This document shows positions 38,957 through 49,122 of a stretch of 64,000 bases of DNA, piece by piece. The position numbers were made by a program, and so were the translations under genes. Source of the DNA: Candidatus Caenarcanales bacterium (lineage in GTDB: Bacteria > Cyanobacteriota > Vampirovibrionia > 2-02-FULL-35-15). The stretch covers positions 140,012-204,011 of the forward strand of contig JAGVKQ010000020.1 of assembly GCA_020050435.1 (NCBI GenBank), read 5' to 3'. Every line of letters starts with the position of its first letter. Position 1 is the stretch's first letter. The notes below the pieces were generated by a model that was given only the letters and a program-made list of their open reading frames with translations, made no database searches and had not been told where the DNA came from.

Positions 38957-39802
38957 TTATTCTAATACCAGTCTATTGAAATTTAGAAGATTTTCTTTAA
39001 CCTTGTCTATATCTCCCTTTAAAATGGCATCTGCATCAAAAACACTACCACCTAAACAAACTCCATACGCTCCATATTTTTCTACAACCTCATTCATATT
39101 TTTAGAATTTACTCCACCTACAGCATAAGTTCTAATTTTTTTTTCTGGGTCTAAACCCTCACTTATTTTTTCAAATCCGTTTTTACCTGGGGGCAACTTT
39201 ACAATTATTGTATATCCTTGGATTTTTTCTCTTGATAAATAAAGATTGTAAAACTCAGTAGGTGAATTAACTATCTCATATTTCCCACCCAACTCATACA
39301 CTCTATCAGAATCAAAAGAAGTAATTTTGAAACCTTTTTTTTCTAATTCATCAAACTCATCTCTAAAAGGGTCTCTTATAGCTTTAAAAAATTCCTCATG
39401 AGTTTTCACATTAGCAGGGAAAAATTTCTGGTCTTTAATTTCTAAAAACTTTGCTTTCAAAGCTTCAGAAGAAAGAAAAACTCCAGGAAGTATGGGAATT
39501 TTATTTTCTTTAGCCTCTTCTACTACATCTTCAAATAAACCTGGAGAAACTAAAAATTTCGCCCCACAAGATATGGCTTCTTTTGCGAGCTCTTTATTTT
39601 TAATAGAACCCACCCCTATAAATAGATTATCGCTAGAACATTTTTTTACAACATCCTGCCAATGTTCTGAATTTGATGTAATTTCAACAGCTTCTATTCC
39701 TGATTCAAAAGCAGCTTTTATAGCAAGTAGCGTATTTTCAAAACTTGTACCGGGTTTTGTACGAAGAATTGCAATTAATTTATAGTTTATATGATTTAAC
39801 AT
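38957..39802 (-). CDS. KDPG/KHG aldolase (Eda)-family protein with an insertion of about 70-80 aa
   Basis: IAILR, AVEIT, IGVGSI, GAKFLVSPG, KFFPA, AVGGVN. Confidence 0.8.
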   Translation of the reverse strand: MLNHINYKLIAILRTKPGTSFENTLLAIKAAFESGIEAVEITSNSEHWQDVVKKCSSDNLFIGVGSIKNKELAKEAISCGAKFLVSPGLFEDVVEEAKENKIPILPGVFLSSEALKAKFLEIKDQKFFPANVKTHEEFFKAIRDPFRDEFDELEKKGFKITSFDSDRVYELGGKYEIVNSPTEFYNLYLSREKIQGYTIIVKLPPGKNGFEKISEGLDPEKKIRTYAVGGVNSKNMNEVVEKYGAYGVCLGGSVFDADAILKGDIDKVKENLLNFNRLVLE

Positions 39803-39825
39803 TTTTAGGATTATAATCATTATAT
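39803..39825. promoter_or_regulatory. candidate bidirectional -10 element
   Basis: Palindromic ATTATAAT at 39810-39817; 7 nt to ATG 39802 (-) and 8 nt to ATG 39826 (+). Confidence 0.55.
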
Positions 39826-41406
39826 ATGAACGATCTAAAACATCTAACCTTAGGTCAACTTTTAGATTCACAAGCATTAAAGCATGCAAATAAAGATGCA
39901 ATAGTTTTTACTGATTTGCATTATAGAATTAATTACAAAGAGTTTAAAGAAATTACGGATGACATTGCAAAAGGTCTTTTAGCTCTTCATATAAAAAAAG
40001 GTGAGCACATTGGAATATTTGCTGTGAATTGTCCAGAGTGGGTTATATTACAATTCGCTGCTGCAAAAATTGGTGCTGTTTTAGTAAACATAAATCCTGC
40101 CCTTAAAACACATGAATTGAAATATATTTTAGAACAAGGAGATATAACGACTCTTTTTCTCACTGAGTCATTTAAAGGTCAGAATATGGTAGAGGTATTA
40201 AAAGGACTATGGGACCATGGGACCATAGAACCATTGGGACTATTGAAAAAAATAGTAACAATTAGATCCAATTCATATCCTGATTACATAAAATGGAATG
40301 ATCTTCTTGAATTAGCTAAAAGTGTACCAATTGATGATTTAATTGAAAGAGGAAATTCTCTTTCCACAGATGATGTAATAAATATTCAATATACTTCAGG
40401 CACGACTGGTTTTCCTAAAGGAGCTCAACTAACTCACTATGGAATTCTAAATAATGCCTATTTCTGCGGAATAAATATGAATCTTTCTGATAAAGACTCT
40501 ATCTGTATTCCTGTCCCACTTTATCATTGTTTTGGCTGCGTTCTAGGCACACTTACCTGTGTAAATTTTGGAATTAAAATGGTTTTTCCCTCTGAGTTTT
40601 TTGATCCTAAGAAAACACTCGAAGCAGTTCATAAAGAAAAATGCACAGCACTTTATGGTGTACCTACTATGTTTATCGCAGAGCTAGCATTGAAAGAATT
40701 TAATGAATATGATTTAAGTTCTCTTCGAACAGGTGTTATTGCAGGTGCACCATGCCCCATGGAACTTATGAAACAACTCATAGAAAAAATGAATCTAAAT
40801 GAAATCACTATAGGATACGGTTTTACTGAGGCTTCTCCATTACTTACACAAACAAGGTATAACGATCCTATAGAAATGAAAGTAGGGACAGTAGGAAGAG
40901 CTCATCAAAACGTAAAAGTTAAAATTGTAGATGGTGAACTATGTGGATATGGATACAATGCAATGAAAGGCTATTATAAAATGCCTGAAAAAACAAAAGA
41001 AGTATTAGACACTGAAGGCTGGATGCATACAGGAGATTTAGCCACAGTAGATGAAAAAGATGTTTATAAAATTGTTGGAAGAATAAAAGATATGATAATC
41101 CGTGGAGGAGAAAATATTTATCCTGCTGAAGTAGAAGATTTTTTAATGACAAATGAAAAAATTGAACAAGTTCAAGTAGTAGGAATCCCAGATCAAAAAT
41201 TCGGCGAACAAGTAGCAGCTTTTATAAAATTAAAACCAGATCAAAAAATTACCTCTGATGAATTAAAAGAATGGTGTAAAGGTAAAATTGCTAATTACAA
41301 AATTCCTTATTGTGTGAGGTTTGTTAATGATTTCCCCATGACAGCTAATGGCAAAGTGCAGAAATATAAACTTAGGGAATCCCTAATTAAAGAACTATCA
41401 CTATAG
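39826..41406 (+). CDS. AMP-binding acyl-CoA synthetase
   Basis: QYTSGTTGFPKG, GYGFTE, GWMHTGDL, GRIKDMIIRGGENIYP, GKVQK. Confidence 0.92.
   Translation: MNDLKHLTLGQLLDSQALKHANKDAIVFTDLHYRINYKEFKEITDDIAKGLLALHIKKGEHIGIFAVNCPEWVILQFAAAKIGAVLVNINPALKTHELKYILEQGDITTLFLTESFKGQNMVEVLKGLWDHGTIEPLGLLKKIVTIRSNSYPDYIKWNDLLELAKSVPIDDLIERGNSLSTDDVINIQYTSGTTGFPKGAQLTHYGILNNAYFCGINMNLSDKDSICIPVPLYHCFGCVLGTLTCVNFGIKMVFPSEFFDPKKTLEAVHKEKCTALYGVPTMFIAELALKEFNEYDLSSLRTGVIAGAPCPMELMKQLIEKMNLNEITIGYGFTEASPLLTQTRYNDPIEMKVGTVGRAHQNVKVKIVDGELCGYGYNAMKGYYKMPEKTKEVLDTEGWMHTGDLATVDEKDVYKIVGRIKDMIIRGGENIYPAEVEDFLMTNEKIEQVQVVGIPDQKFGEQVAAFIKLKPDQKITSDELKEWCKGKIANYKIPYCVRFVNDFPMTANGKVQKYKLRESLIKELSL
40204..40244. repeat. 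octamer tandem repeat (GGACCATG-like) translated inside the acyl-CoA synthetase
   Basis: ggactatg ggaccatg ggaccata gaaccatt g ggactatt. Confidence 0.6.
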
Positions 41407-41508
41407 GGAAGTCCTTAGCAAAAATAATATGTCCTCCCTGATGCATTTAGCCAGGAAGAATATCAATAGAATCTTGGTATAGTCCGTGTGTGCTATTGCA
41501 AGGAAGCA

Positions 41509-42525
41509 ATGAAATTACGTTTTCACAATTCAAGGAATGAGAAAGGCTTTATAGCTGCTTTTTTTACAGTTTTTTTACCCGTATTTATCGGGATATTTGC
41601 TTTAACAGTAGACATGCCAAAGCTATACTCCTGCAGTTCTGATATTAAAAGTGGGGTTGACTTAGCAACTCTTGCAGGAATATCTCAACTACAGAGCTCA
41701 TCAGATATAACTCAAGCCAAATTAGCTGCTGTTAGTTATTTAAACAGCAACTTAAGCAGAACGGTTCCAGGATATACAAATGCAAATTTAGGAGATAGCA
41801 ATCTAGATGTTAAAGTAGGAGTTTATGATTTTTCTACAAGTATGTTTACCTGGGATGAAGCAAGCTCATCAGTCAATGCAATTATGCTGACTTACTCACA
41901 CCAAGCAAGTAGTGTCTGGAGTAACTATTACATGATTAACAGTTTCACTGTATCATCTTCATCTACAGCAGCTAAATACTATGCAGGTTCAGCAAGCACT
42001 GGAACAAGTTTTCCTCTTGCAATAGAAAAAAGTGTTTTAACATCAGCACTATCAAACAGCACTCAAAGAATTTACCAGTTTGGAATGAGTACAAATTCAT
42101 ATTTTACTGCTTTTGACAACAATGCAAGTGTTGGAGATATTGAAGATACCATAGATTATTTTCAAGGCAGGAGTGGAACACCATCAAGATCAGTTGCAAT
42201 TGGAGATAATTTTAAATATAATAGTGGTGCACTAGCAACAGCTTACCTTTATATAAATTTAGTTTTTCCATGGACTTTACCAGGACATAGTTTTGTTTTC
42301 CCTATTGTTACGAAAGGCAGTGGAAATGATTTAACAGCAGAAGGTTTTACCTCAGCAACAATAAATAATTTTGGAATAGGTGCCATGGGATACTATATGG
42401 ATGTTACATTTCAACAACATCAAAACGACAATACCTGGGGAGGATTACAACCAGGTTCTGAGCCTAGTAATATTCCGACAAATGAAAAAATTTATTTATC
42501 TACAGCATATAAAATTGTTGAATAA
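41509..42525 (+). CDS. Tad-domain (TadG-like) protein, paralog 1
   Basis: KG-FIAAFFTVFLPVFIGIFALTVD...VDLATLAG pilin-like N-terminus. Confidence 0.75.
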   Translation: MKLRFHNSRNEKGFIAAFFTVFLPVFIGIFALTVDMPKLYSCSSDIKSGVDLATLAGISQLQSSSDITQAKLAAVSYLNSNLSRTVPGYTNANLGDSNLDVKVGVYDFSTSMFTWDEASSSVNAIMLTYSHQASSVWSNYYMINSFTVSSSSTAAKYYAGSASTGTSFPLAIEKSVLTSALSNSTQRIYQFGMSTNSYFTAFDNNASVGDIEDTIDYFQGRSGTPSRSVAIGDNFKYNSGALATAYLYINLVFPWTLPGHSFVFPIVTKGSGNDLTAEGFTSATINNFGIGAMGYYMDVTFQQHQNDNTWGGLQPGSEPSNIPTNEKIYLSTAYKIVE

Positions 42526-42701
42526 GAGGTATAACCCTTCCCCCAGTCATATCCCTACAAGACAGCTTGGTTAACCCTCCACTTACTTAATTACACCATG
42601 GGTCTCACTACGTTTTATATAATCTCAACAAAGCCAGTCGGGATGCCACTTTCAGAAGGTAGGCTTATCATGCGATTTGGGAATAATTAAAAAACAACAA
42701 T

Positions 42702-43730
42702 ATGATTATTCTTAAAAACAATTCTTATACTAGATCCAACAAAGGCTTTATAGCTGCATTTTTTACTGTATTTCTACCTGTCTTCATAGGAATAATGGCC
42801 CTATCAGTAGACCTTCCAAGAATGTATTCTTATAATGCAGACATAAAGTCAGCTCTTGATTTAGCTGTCATTGCTGGTATTTCACAGCTAAATAGTACTT
42901 CTGATATAACAACTGCAAAGAATACAGCAGTAACTTATTTAAATGCTAATCTCTCTATGACATTACCTAATTTCACTAACTTAACAACATCAAGTACAGG
43001 ATTAACTTTACAAGCAGGCACCTATGACTCATCTACATGTACATTTACTTATAATGAAGCAGGTCCAACTGTAAATGCCCTTAAAATTACTTATTCCTAC
43101 ACTCCAAACTCTATACTTAGTGGCTTTTTTATGATAGATACTTTTACAATTACTGCTTCAAGTTTAGGAGGAAAGACTTATGCTGGTTACGCTCCAGCTG
43201 GGACAACTTTTCCTATAATCTTAGATCCTGCTGCATTAACAACTGCAGCAGCAAATTCAAATGTAGTTCGTTTATATCAAAATGGGGGCAGTCAAAATTC
43301 ATACTTGGGAGATTATGTAGGTAATTCCATGTCAAATGACGTCGATGCTCAGATAGACTATTTTCAAAACTCCAGTGGTACGCCCCCTCCTGCTGTAGCA
43401 ATAGGATCAACGTTTATGCAATTAAATGCCAGTGGACAAATAGCAATGGTTTATTCTGGTAATCTTTCAGGCTGGGTACCAACTTCTGGAACAACATTAG
43501 TTTTTCCTGTAGGAACATTAGGCGCTGGAAATAATGTAACAATAACTGGATACGTACTAGGATCACTAGTTACTTTTGGAATAGGTAGCATGAGTAATTA
43601 TGCAGATATAACTATCGTCCCAGGATCCACATCTAATTCTTGGAGTGGTCTAGTTACTGGTGCTCAGCCCACGGGATTAGATGAAACACAACTTTCTCTC
43701 TTAGCATCTGGATCAGGACTCGTTTTATGA
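42702..43730 (+). CDS. Tad-domain (TadG-like) protein, paralog 2
   Basis: KG-FIAAFFTVFLPVFIGIMALSVD...LDLAVIAG; colinear with paralog 1. Confidence 0.75.
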   Translation: MIILKNNSYTRSNKGFIAAFFTVFLPVFIGIMALSVDLPRMYSYNADIKSALDLAVIAGISQLNSTSDITTAKNTAVTYLNANLSMTLPNFTNLTTSSTGLTLQAGTYDSSTCTFTYNEAGPTVNALKITYSYTPNSILSGFFMIDTFTITASSLGGKTYAGYAPAGTTFPIILDPAALTTAAANSNVVRLYQNGGSQNSYLGDYVGNSMSNDVDAQIDYFQNSSGTPPPAVAIGSTFMQLNASGQIAMVYSGNLSGWVPTSGTTLVFPVGTLGAGNNVTITGYVLGSLVTFGIGSMSNYADITIVPGSTSNSWSGLVTGAQPTGLDETQLSLLASGSGLVL

Positions 43731-43871
43731 GATAGCCCTTGGGTAAAGTATTAGCTTTAATTAAAAACAAAGTCTATCCCTTGCCACAACCCTTTCATAG
43801 AGAGGGTTTCCTCATGGTAATAGGTATAATACAAATAGAAAGCCTCTTAAAGACTTTGAAAGGGGGAATGT

Positions 43872-44084
43872 ATGAAATCCATTTTAAAACTAACAATTCT
43901 TACAGTTATAGCCATGGGTATTTGCAGTACCTCTGCATTAGCTTATGTATGTGAGACAGAGCCAAATAACTGTTCTAATTGTACATGGCAATTATCTCAT
44001 TGTGATACTGAAGGAACACCTGATTTTACAGATGCAGATGCAGCCACAAATCCAGACAATCCATGTTATCCATATTGTAGCTAA
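43872..44084 (+). CDS. small secreted Cys-rich acidic peptide
   Basis: SD AGGGGG; signal peptide ending ALA; 6 Cys in the 46-aa mature part. Confidence 0.7.
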   Translation: MKSILKLTILTVIAMGICSTSALAYVCETEPNNCSNCTWQLSHCDTEGTPDFTDADAATNPDNPCYPYCS

Positions 44085-44092
44085 TTAGATAA

Positions 44093-45595
44093 CTATATTT
44101 TCAAATCCACTGTAATAGGGTCATGGTCTGAGATCATACTCGGAAAAGATTCATTTACTAACTTTAAGGTTTGACCATTATATGGTTCAAACCTTTTTCT
44201 TTTTGGTTTTATAAAAAACCAGTCCAGCTTATAATAACCAATTACATTAGGCTTTGTAAATTCAAAAGTACTTTCAAAACCTTTTAACTGCCTTTCATTA
44301 GAATCTGACAGTAAACCTCTTTTACCGTTTGAGCTTCTTTTTGGATTTCCATCAAAATCAAAATTTTCTCCATCATAGAATCTGAAGTCTTTTAAATAGG
44401 TAAATGTTTTTCTTTCTCCATTCGGAGAAAGAAGTGGAATACTTATAACTGCTGGGTCTTTATATTTTAAACTAGTGCTTATAGCTGCTGCACTTAAATT
44501 TCCTACACCTGGTGGCAATACTGGCAAAGTTAAGAATAGTGCTTGTCTCGCCAAGAAATTGGGATCTTTTATTCTTTTTGTTATTTCCTTTTTTAGTGAA
44601 GTTGGAATTGAATCTGAAGTTGTCGTATTAAAGTCACCGGCTAAAACAAGAGGTGTTCTTTTATCTTTTATCTTGGTAAGCAAGTATTCTATTTGCTTAA
44701 ATCTTCCTTTAGGAATACATCTATCTTCCAAATGAGTAGAAACAACTGTTACTATTTCTTTATTAGGTAATTCAATATCAGCAATAATTGCATTCCTTCC
44801 GCCCCTTCTGACCTCACTAAATATATGTTCTCTAAATAATCCCTTTGCACCAACTCTTCTGGCTCCTTCAAGAAACGATTTTTTTTTCAACTCTTCTTCA
44901 TACCATTTATAGCCATCTGGAAGTCTTACTACTTCTACATTTTTAATGGGGTATTTAGATAAAATTGCATTTCCATGCAATCCAAGATACTTTTCAGTAT
45001 CTACGTTTAACATAGCAATTATGGGTCCAAGCTCAACAAATTCAGTAGCAAAAGCATAGTTATAACCAAGAGAATTGGCAAGTTCATCAACATTGTTTCT
45101 GTAATTAGTTCTAGGCATGCCAATATCAACTTCATTTAAAGAAATAATGTCACTAGTTGAAAGTAGTTTTAATTCCCTCCTAAAGTTATCCTGGGACTTC
45201 TCTCTAATATTATTTTTATAAACGTAATAATATGTATCAGGTGAGGTTAATAAGGCTTTGATTTGCTCTGTATTGAAACCTCTTTGAATATTCCAATGAG
45301 CTACTCTTAGACGGTTCTTTATTGGTTTTGTGGAAAGGGTTTGAGATTCTAAGTCTTCTTTCCTATTGAAAATATAAGGAGTATTTAATTGCTTCTGTAG
45401 TTTTCTATATAATTTATAACCATTTTTTTTATTGTATGCTAATTTAACAAGATCTTCATAGGATAAATAGCTTACTAGTCTTACCTTAGGCAACTTATCC
45501 TTTATAACCCTATCTTTAAAAAAGAAAGGTATAAGTATTACAAGACATAGGCAAATAAAAAATACATGAACATGTTTTTCTTTAATAATTTTCAC
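44093..45595 (-). CDS. endonuclease/exonuclease/phosphatase family protein, membrane-anchored
   Basis: HWNI, LNEVD, GNAILSKYP, STHLE, AGDFNT, LDWFF, SDHDP. Confidence 0.88.
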   Translation of the reverse strand: MKIIKEKHVHVFFICLCLVILIPFFFKDRVIKDKLPKVRLVSYLSYEDLVKLAYNKKNGYKLYRKLQKQLNTPYIFNRKEDLESQTLSTKPIKNRLRVAHWNIQRGFNTEQIKALLTSPDTYYYVYKNNIREKSQDNFRRELKLLSTSDIISLNEVDIGMPRTNYRNNVDELANSLGYNYAFATEFVELGPIIAMLNVDTEKYLGLHGNAILSKYPIKNVEVVRLPDGYKWYEEELKKKSFLEGARRVGAKGLFREHIFSEVRRGGRNAIIADIELPNKEIVTVVSTHLEDRCIPKGRFKQIEYLLTKIKDKRTPLVLAGDFNTTTSDSIPTSLKKEITKRIKDPNFLARQALFLTLPVLPPGVGNLSAAAISTSLKYKDPAVISIPLLSPNGERKTFTYLKDFRFYDGENFDFDGNPKRSSNGKRGLLSDSNERQLKGFESTFEFTKPNVIGYYKLDWFFIKPKRKRFEPYNGQTLKLVNESFPSMISDHDPITVDLKI

Positions 45596-45650
45596 AATCT
45601 TCGGGTGTTGTCCTCATTCATTTATTGTTATTATAACTATTGTTAAATAT

Positions 45651-46184
45651 ATGAGAAGGAAAAATTACATAATATATCTCTTTATTTTGTTTTCATTAAC
45701 AATCTCAAATTGCTCTGCAAAAGACTTAATAATCAATGAAGAGAAAAGCAAATTAACATATAGCTTAAGTGAATTCGGCTTTGTTTTCAAGAAAAAACCT
45801 CTACCAATGAGAGGATTTCTAAATATAGAAAAGGACTTATTAAATAAAATAGACCTTAAAGTCAAATTCACATCAAAGAATCCTTTTTTTAGGAAATTTA
45901 TCAACTACAAGCAATATCCTGATTTTTCTTTTATATCCACAGAAAAAAACCCAATCAATTTTGAAAAAGAATCTTTTACAATAACTGGAGATGTTAGTTT
46001 TCATGGAGTAACAAAAAGGATGACTATAGAACTTAAAAATGCTTCAGATATTGAGAACTATCTTTTCACTGGTGAAATAAACATAAAAATGACAGATTTT
46101 GGATTAACACCACCTAGATTTTTATTTTTTAGAGTAGATGACCATATAAAAACTGAAGTTGAAATATATTCAAACAAAGTTTAA
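45651..46184 (+). CDS. YceI-like periplasmic protein
   Basis: Signal peptide; ITGDVSFHGVTK; IKMTDFGLTPP. Confidence 0.8.
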   Translation: MRRKNYIIYLFILFSLTISNCSAKDLIINEEKSKLTYSLSEFGFVFKKKPLPMRGFLNIEKDLLNKIDLKVKFTSKNPFFRKFINYKQYPDFSFISTEKNPINFEKESFTITGDVSFHGVTKRMTIELKNASDIENYLFTGEINIKMTDFGLTPPRFLFFRVDDHIKTEVEIYSNKV

Positions 46185-46787
46185 AGAGTATTTATTCCAT
46201 GTTTTTTCAATTAAGCTTTTATCTCTACATAATTCCTCATACCAAAAACAAATTTTACTAACAAGGTTATCTGTAAGAATGTTTTTTTTGAAAGCTTTCA
46301 TCCCAACTTCACCAACTATTTCTTCCAGAGAAATTGGGCTTATTTCATCCCTATCAAGGCTATGATCATACTTTTTTATATTTATCCCTATTCCTGTAAT
46401 TAAAGAGGACATGCCTTCTTTTCCTAATCTACTTTCTACTAAAATACCACCCAATTTTTTATCTCCAAAATATAAATCATTAATGGGTTTCAATTTTATA
46501 CCTATATCAAACTCTTCTTTTAAAACTTCAACACATGCCACACCACTAGCCAAAGTATAAAGAGTAGTAGTCTCAAAGAACTCTTTTTCTTTAGGAATAT
46601 GAACAATGGAAAGATACAATCCAATTCCTTCTGGTGATGACCAAACCCTGCCCCTCGTACCCTTTCCAGCAGTTTGAGAATCAGCCACGATATAAGATGT
46701 TTCAGAAATCTTACCTGATGAAATAAGACGCTTGGCTTCTTCATTAGTAGAGTCTATTTCTTGATAGTAGCGGTAAGGGTAATTCAT
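46170..46787 (-). CDS. birA: biotin-protein ligase (monofunctional, short)
   Basis: IDSTN, QTAGKGTRGRVW, KPIND, KKLGGILVE, GIGIN. Confidence 0.9.
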   Translation of the reverse strand: MNYPYRYYQEIDSTNEEAKRLISSGKISETSYIVADSQTAGKGTRGRVWSSPEGIGLYLSIVHIPKEKEFFETTTLYTLASGVACVEVLKEEFDIGIKLKPINDLYFGDKKLGGILVESRLGKEGMSSLITGIGINIKKYDHSLDRDEISPISLEEIVGEVGMKAFKKNILTDNLVSKICFWYEELCRDKSLIEKTWNKYSLNFV

Positions 46788-46800
46788 GAATTACCCTTAC
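46773..46800. repeat. 28-bp perfect palindrome spanning the HMG-CoA lyase stop and birA start
   Basis: gtaagggtaattcatgaattacccttac. Confidence 0.8.
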
Positions 46801-47677
46801 ATGAATCACCCCTATTCAATGGTCTACCCAAAACACTTTTCATAAACATTGACGCTTCAGTTAGTTTGTTCAAATCAACTCCACTTTTTACATTAACCGT
46901 ATTCAAGAAATTAACCAAATCTTCAGTGGCTAGATTCCCACTGGCACCTGGAGCATAAGGACATCCACCTATACCTCCACTAGATGAATCAAATGTCGTT
47001 ATTCCAAGATCTATTCCAGCAGCAACATTAACTAAAGCATTATTATAAGTATCGTGAAAATGAAGTGCTATTTTTTCTTTTGGTATCGTGTTCAACAAAA
47101 ATCCCACTGTTTCATAAATATCATTAGGTAGTGCAGATCCTATGGTATCTCCTATAGAAACTTCATCTACACCCATATTTAAAAGTTCATTTGTGACTTC
47201 TAAGACTTTTTCTTTATTAACTTTTCCATCAAATGGACAAATAAAACAAGTAGAAATATAACCTCTTACACTTAAGCCTTTTTCCAATGCAAGTTTCACA
47301 ACAGGTTTATAGTTTTTAATAGATTCTTCAATAGTCATATTTATATTTTTTTTATTAAAAGTTTCACTTGCAGCTGTAAAGATAGCTATTCTTTTTATTT
47401 TTGTTTCAAGAGCTCTTTCAAGACCTTTTATATTAGGTACTAGAGCAGAGTAAGTAGGCTTTAAATCTATGGCTTCAATGACTTCTTTAGCATCAAAAAG
47501 CTGGGGAATGTTTTTAGGGTTCACAAACGATGTTAGCTCAATATTTTCAAGCCCACTTTCAATTAGCTTTTTTATATAAGTAATCTTATCAGCTGTTGAA
47601 ACAATGGTTTTTTCATTTTGTAGACCATCGCGTGGACCGACTTCTACAATTTTTATGGATTTAGGAGATGGTTTCAT
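46784..47677 (-). CDS. hydroxymethylglutaryl-CoA lyase
   Basis: EVGPRDGLQNE, LHFHDT, GGCPYAPGASGNLATED. Confidence 0.93.
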   Translation of the reverse strand: MKPSPKSIKIVEVGPRDGLQNEKTIVSTADKITYIKKLIESGLENIELTSFVNPKNIPQLFDAKEVIEAIDLKPTYSALVPNIKGLERALETKIKRIAIFTAASETFNKKNINMTIEESIKNYKPVVKLALEKGLSVRGYISTCFICPFDGKVNKEKVLEVTNELLNMGVDEVSIGDTIGSALPNDIYETVGFLLNTIPKEKIALHFHDTYNNALVNVAAGIDLGITTFDSSSGGIGGCPYAPGASGNLATEDLVNFLNTVNVKSGVDLNKLTEASMFMKSVLGRPLNRGDSCKGNS

Positions 47678-47692
47678 TGTATTACCTTAGGG

Positions 47693-47716
47693 AGACTTGC
47701 CATGGCAAGTCTTTAC
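47693..47716 (-). repeat. REP-like perfect palindrome
   Basis: agacttgccatggcaagtct with a GTAA foot that contains the hydratase stop codon. Confidence 0.7.
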
Positions 47717-48477
47717 AGCGTCCACTTCGGTTTGCGTTTTTCAAGAAATGCTTTCATGCCTTCCTGACCTTCTTTAGATATGCGACACTTTGAGATATAT
47801 TCTTTAGAAACATCTAATGCATCATTTATTTCCCTATCCACTACATCTCTAACTAATTTTTTACATGCAGAGACTGCCTCGGGTCCATTTTCTAAAATAG
47901 TGCTTACCAGCTCATTTACCTTCATATCCAAGTCTTTCACCACTTCATTTACAAGCCCTATTTCTTTTGCTTTATTTGAATCAAATCTTTCACTAGTCAA
48001 AAAGTATCTACTAGAATTTGAAAATCCTACTTTTTTTACTACAAAAGGAGAAATTACTCCTGGCACTAGTCCTATTCTGACTTCACTAAGTGCAAAAAGA
48101 GCTTCATCTTTAGAAATAGCAATATCACAGACACTAATTAAACCTACGCCACCACCAAATGCACTTCCCTGTACTTTAGCAATTATAGGTTTAGAACAAT
48201 CATAAATAGTCTTAAACATTTGCCCAAGAACTTCAGCATCTTTTAAATTTTCTTCATAAGATGCATTAACCATGGATTTCATATAGTTCAAATCTGCACC
48301 AGCACAAAAAGACTTTCCTTCTGCAGCTAAAACTACTACTCTTACATTTTTATCTTTATCAAGATCTAAAAAAATCTTTGTAAGTTCAGCTATCATTTCA
48401 GGAGAAAGAGCATTATGAACCTCTGGACGATTTAATGTCACCGAAGCAACTTGATTATTAATATCTAATTTAATCAT
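47713..48477 (-). CDS. methylglutaconyl-CoA hydratase-like enoyl-CoA hydratase
   Basis: LNRPEVHNAL, FCAGADL, AFGGGVGL, SEVRIGLVP; Liu-pathway context. Confidence 0.85.
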   Translation of the reverse strand: MIKLDINNQVASVTLNRPEVHNALSPEMIAELTKIFLDLDKDKNVRVVVLAAEGKSFCAGADLNYMKSMVNASYEENLKDAEVLGQMFKTIYDCSKPIIAKVQGSAFGGGVGLISVCDIAISKDEALFALSEVRIGLVPGVISPFVVKKVGFSNSSRYFLTSERFDSNKAKEIGLVNEVVKDLDMKVNELVSTILENGPEAVSACKKLVRDVVDREINDALDVSKEYISKCRISKEGQEGMKAFLEKRKPKWTL

Positions 48478-48612
48478 TCTTATATATTAACCTAAACCTT
48501 AAAAAGATTTAATCTTAATGACTTTAAATCTTTATTTTATGTTTAGATTTGCTATTGAAATCCGTTAATAAATAAGTTTACTATGAATTATATAATCTAA
48601 AAAAAAATAACC

Positions 48613-49122
48613 ATGTCAGATTTTCCCATATTTAAAACCCTATTACTTCTTAACAAACCTGGAGTAAACTCTTTTGCAATTAAGCTTGCAGAAAGCACAA
48701 GACTCAGAGAAGAAGGTATTAAAGATGGAATGGCTGATGAAATACGATTACGAGGGGTTGGAGCCTCATTAAATGAATCACCAGATTTTGTTTCATCTAG
48801 AGCAATAGAAAAAAGCCAAAGATCCCAAGCCATACTGTTAGAAATAATTAAGGGTGAACTATATAAAACTTTAACTGAGGAGAAATTTACATCTGCGATA
48901 ATAAGACATTCTGCAGGAATCAAAGAACTATTAACAAGTAATGAGGTTAGCTCGGATGATTTAAGAGCCCTATCTGAATTTTATACTAGTATTTCTAGAG
49001 AATTAATAAACGTAGATGATCCAAGTGAATTAGACAAAATAGCTTTATTAAAAGCTATAGAACTCCTAGACGTAGCAACTGTTTTAAACTCAATAATTAG
49101 AGAATCAAACTCTACATCCTAA
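48613..49122 (+). CDS. hypothetical helical protein
   Basis: 169 aa ORF in the gap between Liu genes, opposite strand. Confidence 0.65.
   Translation: MSDFPIFKTLLLLNKPGVNSFAIKLAESTRLREEGIKDGMADEIRLRGVGASLNESPDFVSSRAIEKSQRSQAILLEIIKGELYKTLTEEKFTSAIIRHSAGIKELLTSNEVSSDDLRALSEFYTSISRELINVDDPSELDKIALLKAIELLDVATVLNSIIRESNSTS

Noticed and set aside
42526-42701. Riboswitch upstream of the second Tad gene
   Set aside because: Only a short aagcc/ggctt stem; no recognisable c-di-GMP or other aptamer consensus
43739-43954. 71-aa TTG-start ORF
   Set aside because: Overlaps the better supported 43872-44084 ORF, which has an SD and signal peptide
48597-48923. 108-aa minus-strand ORF
   Set aside because: Antisense shadow of 48613-49122
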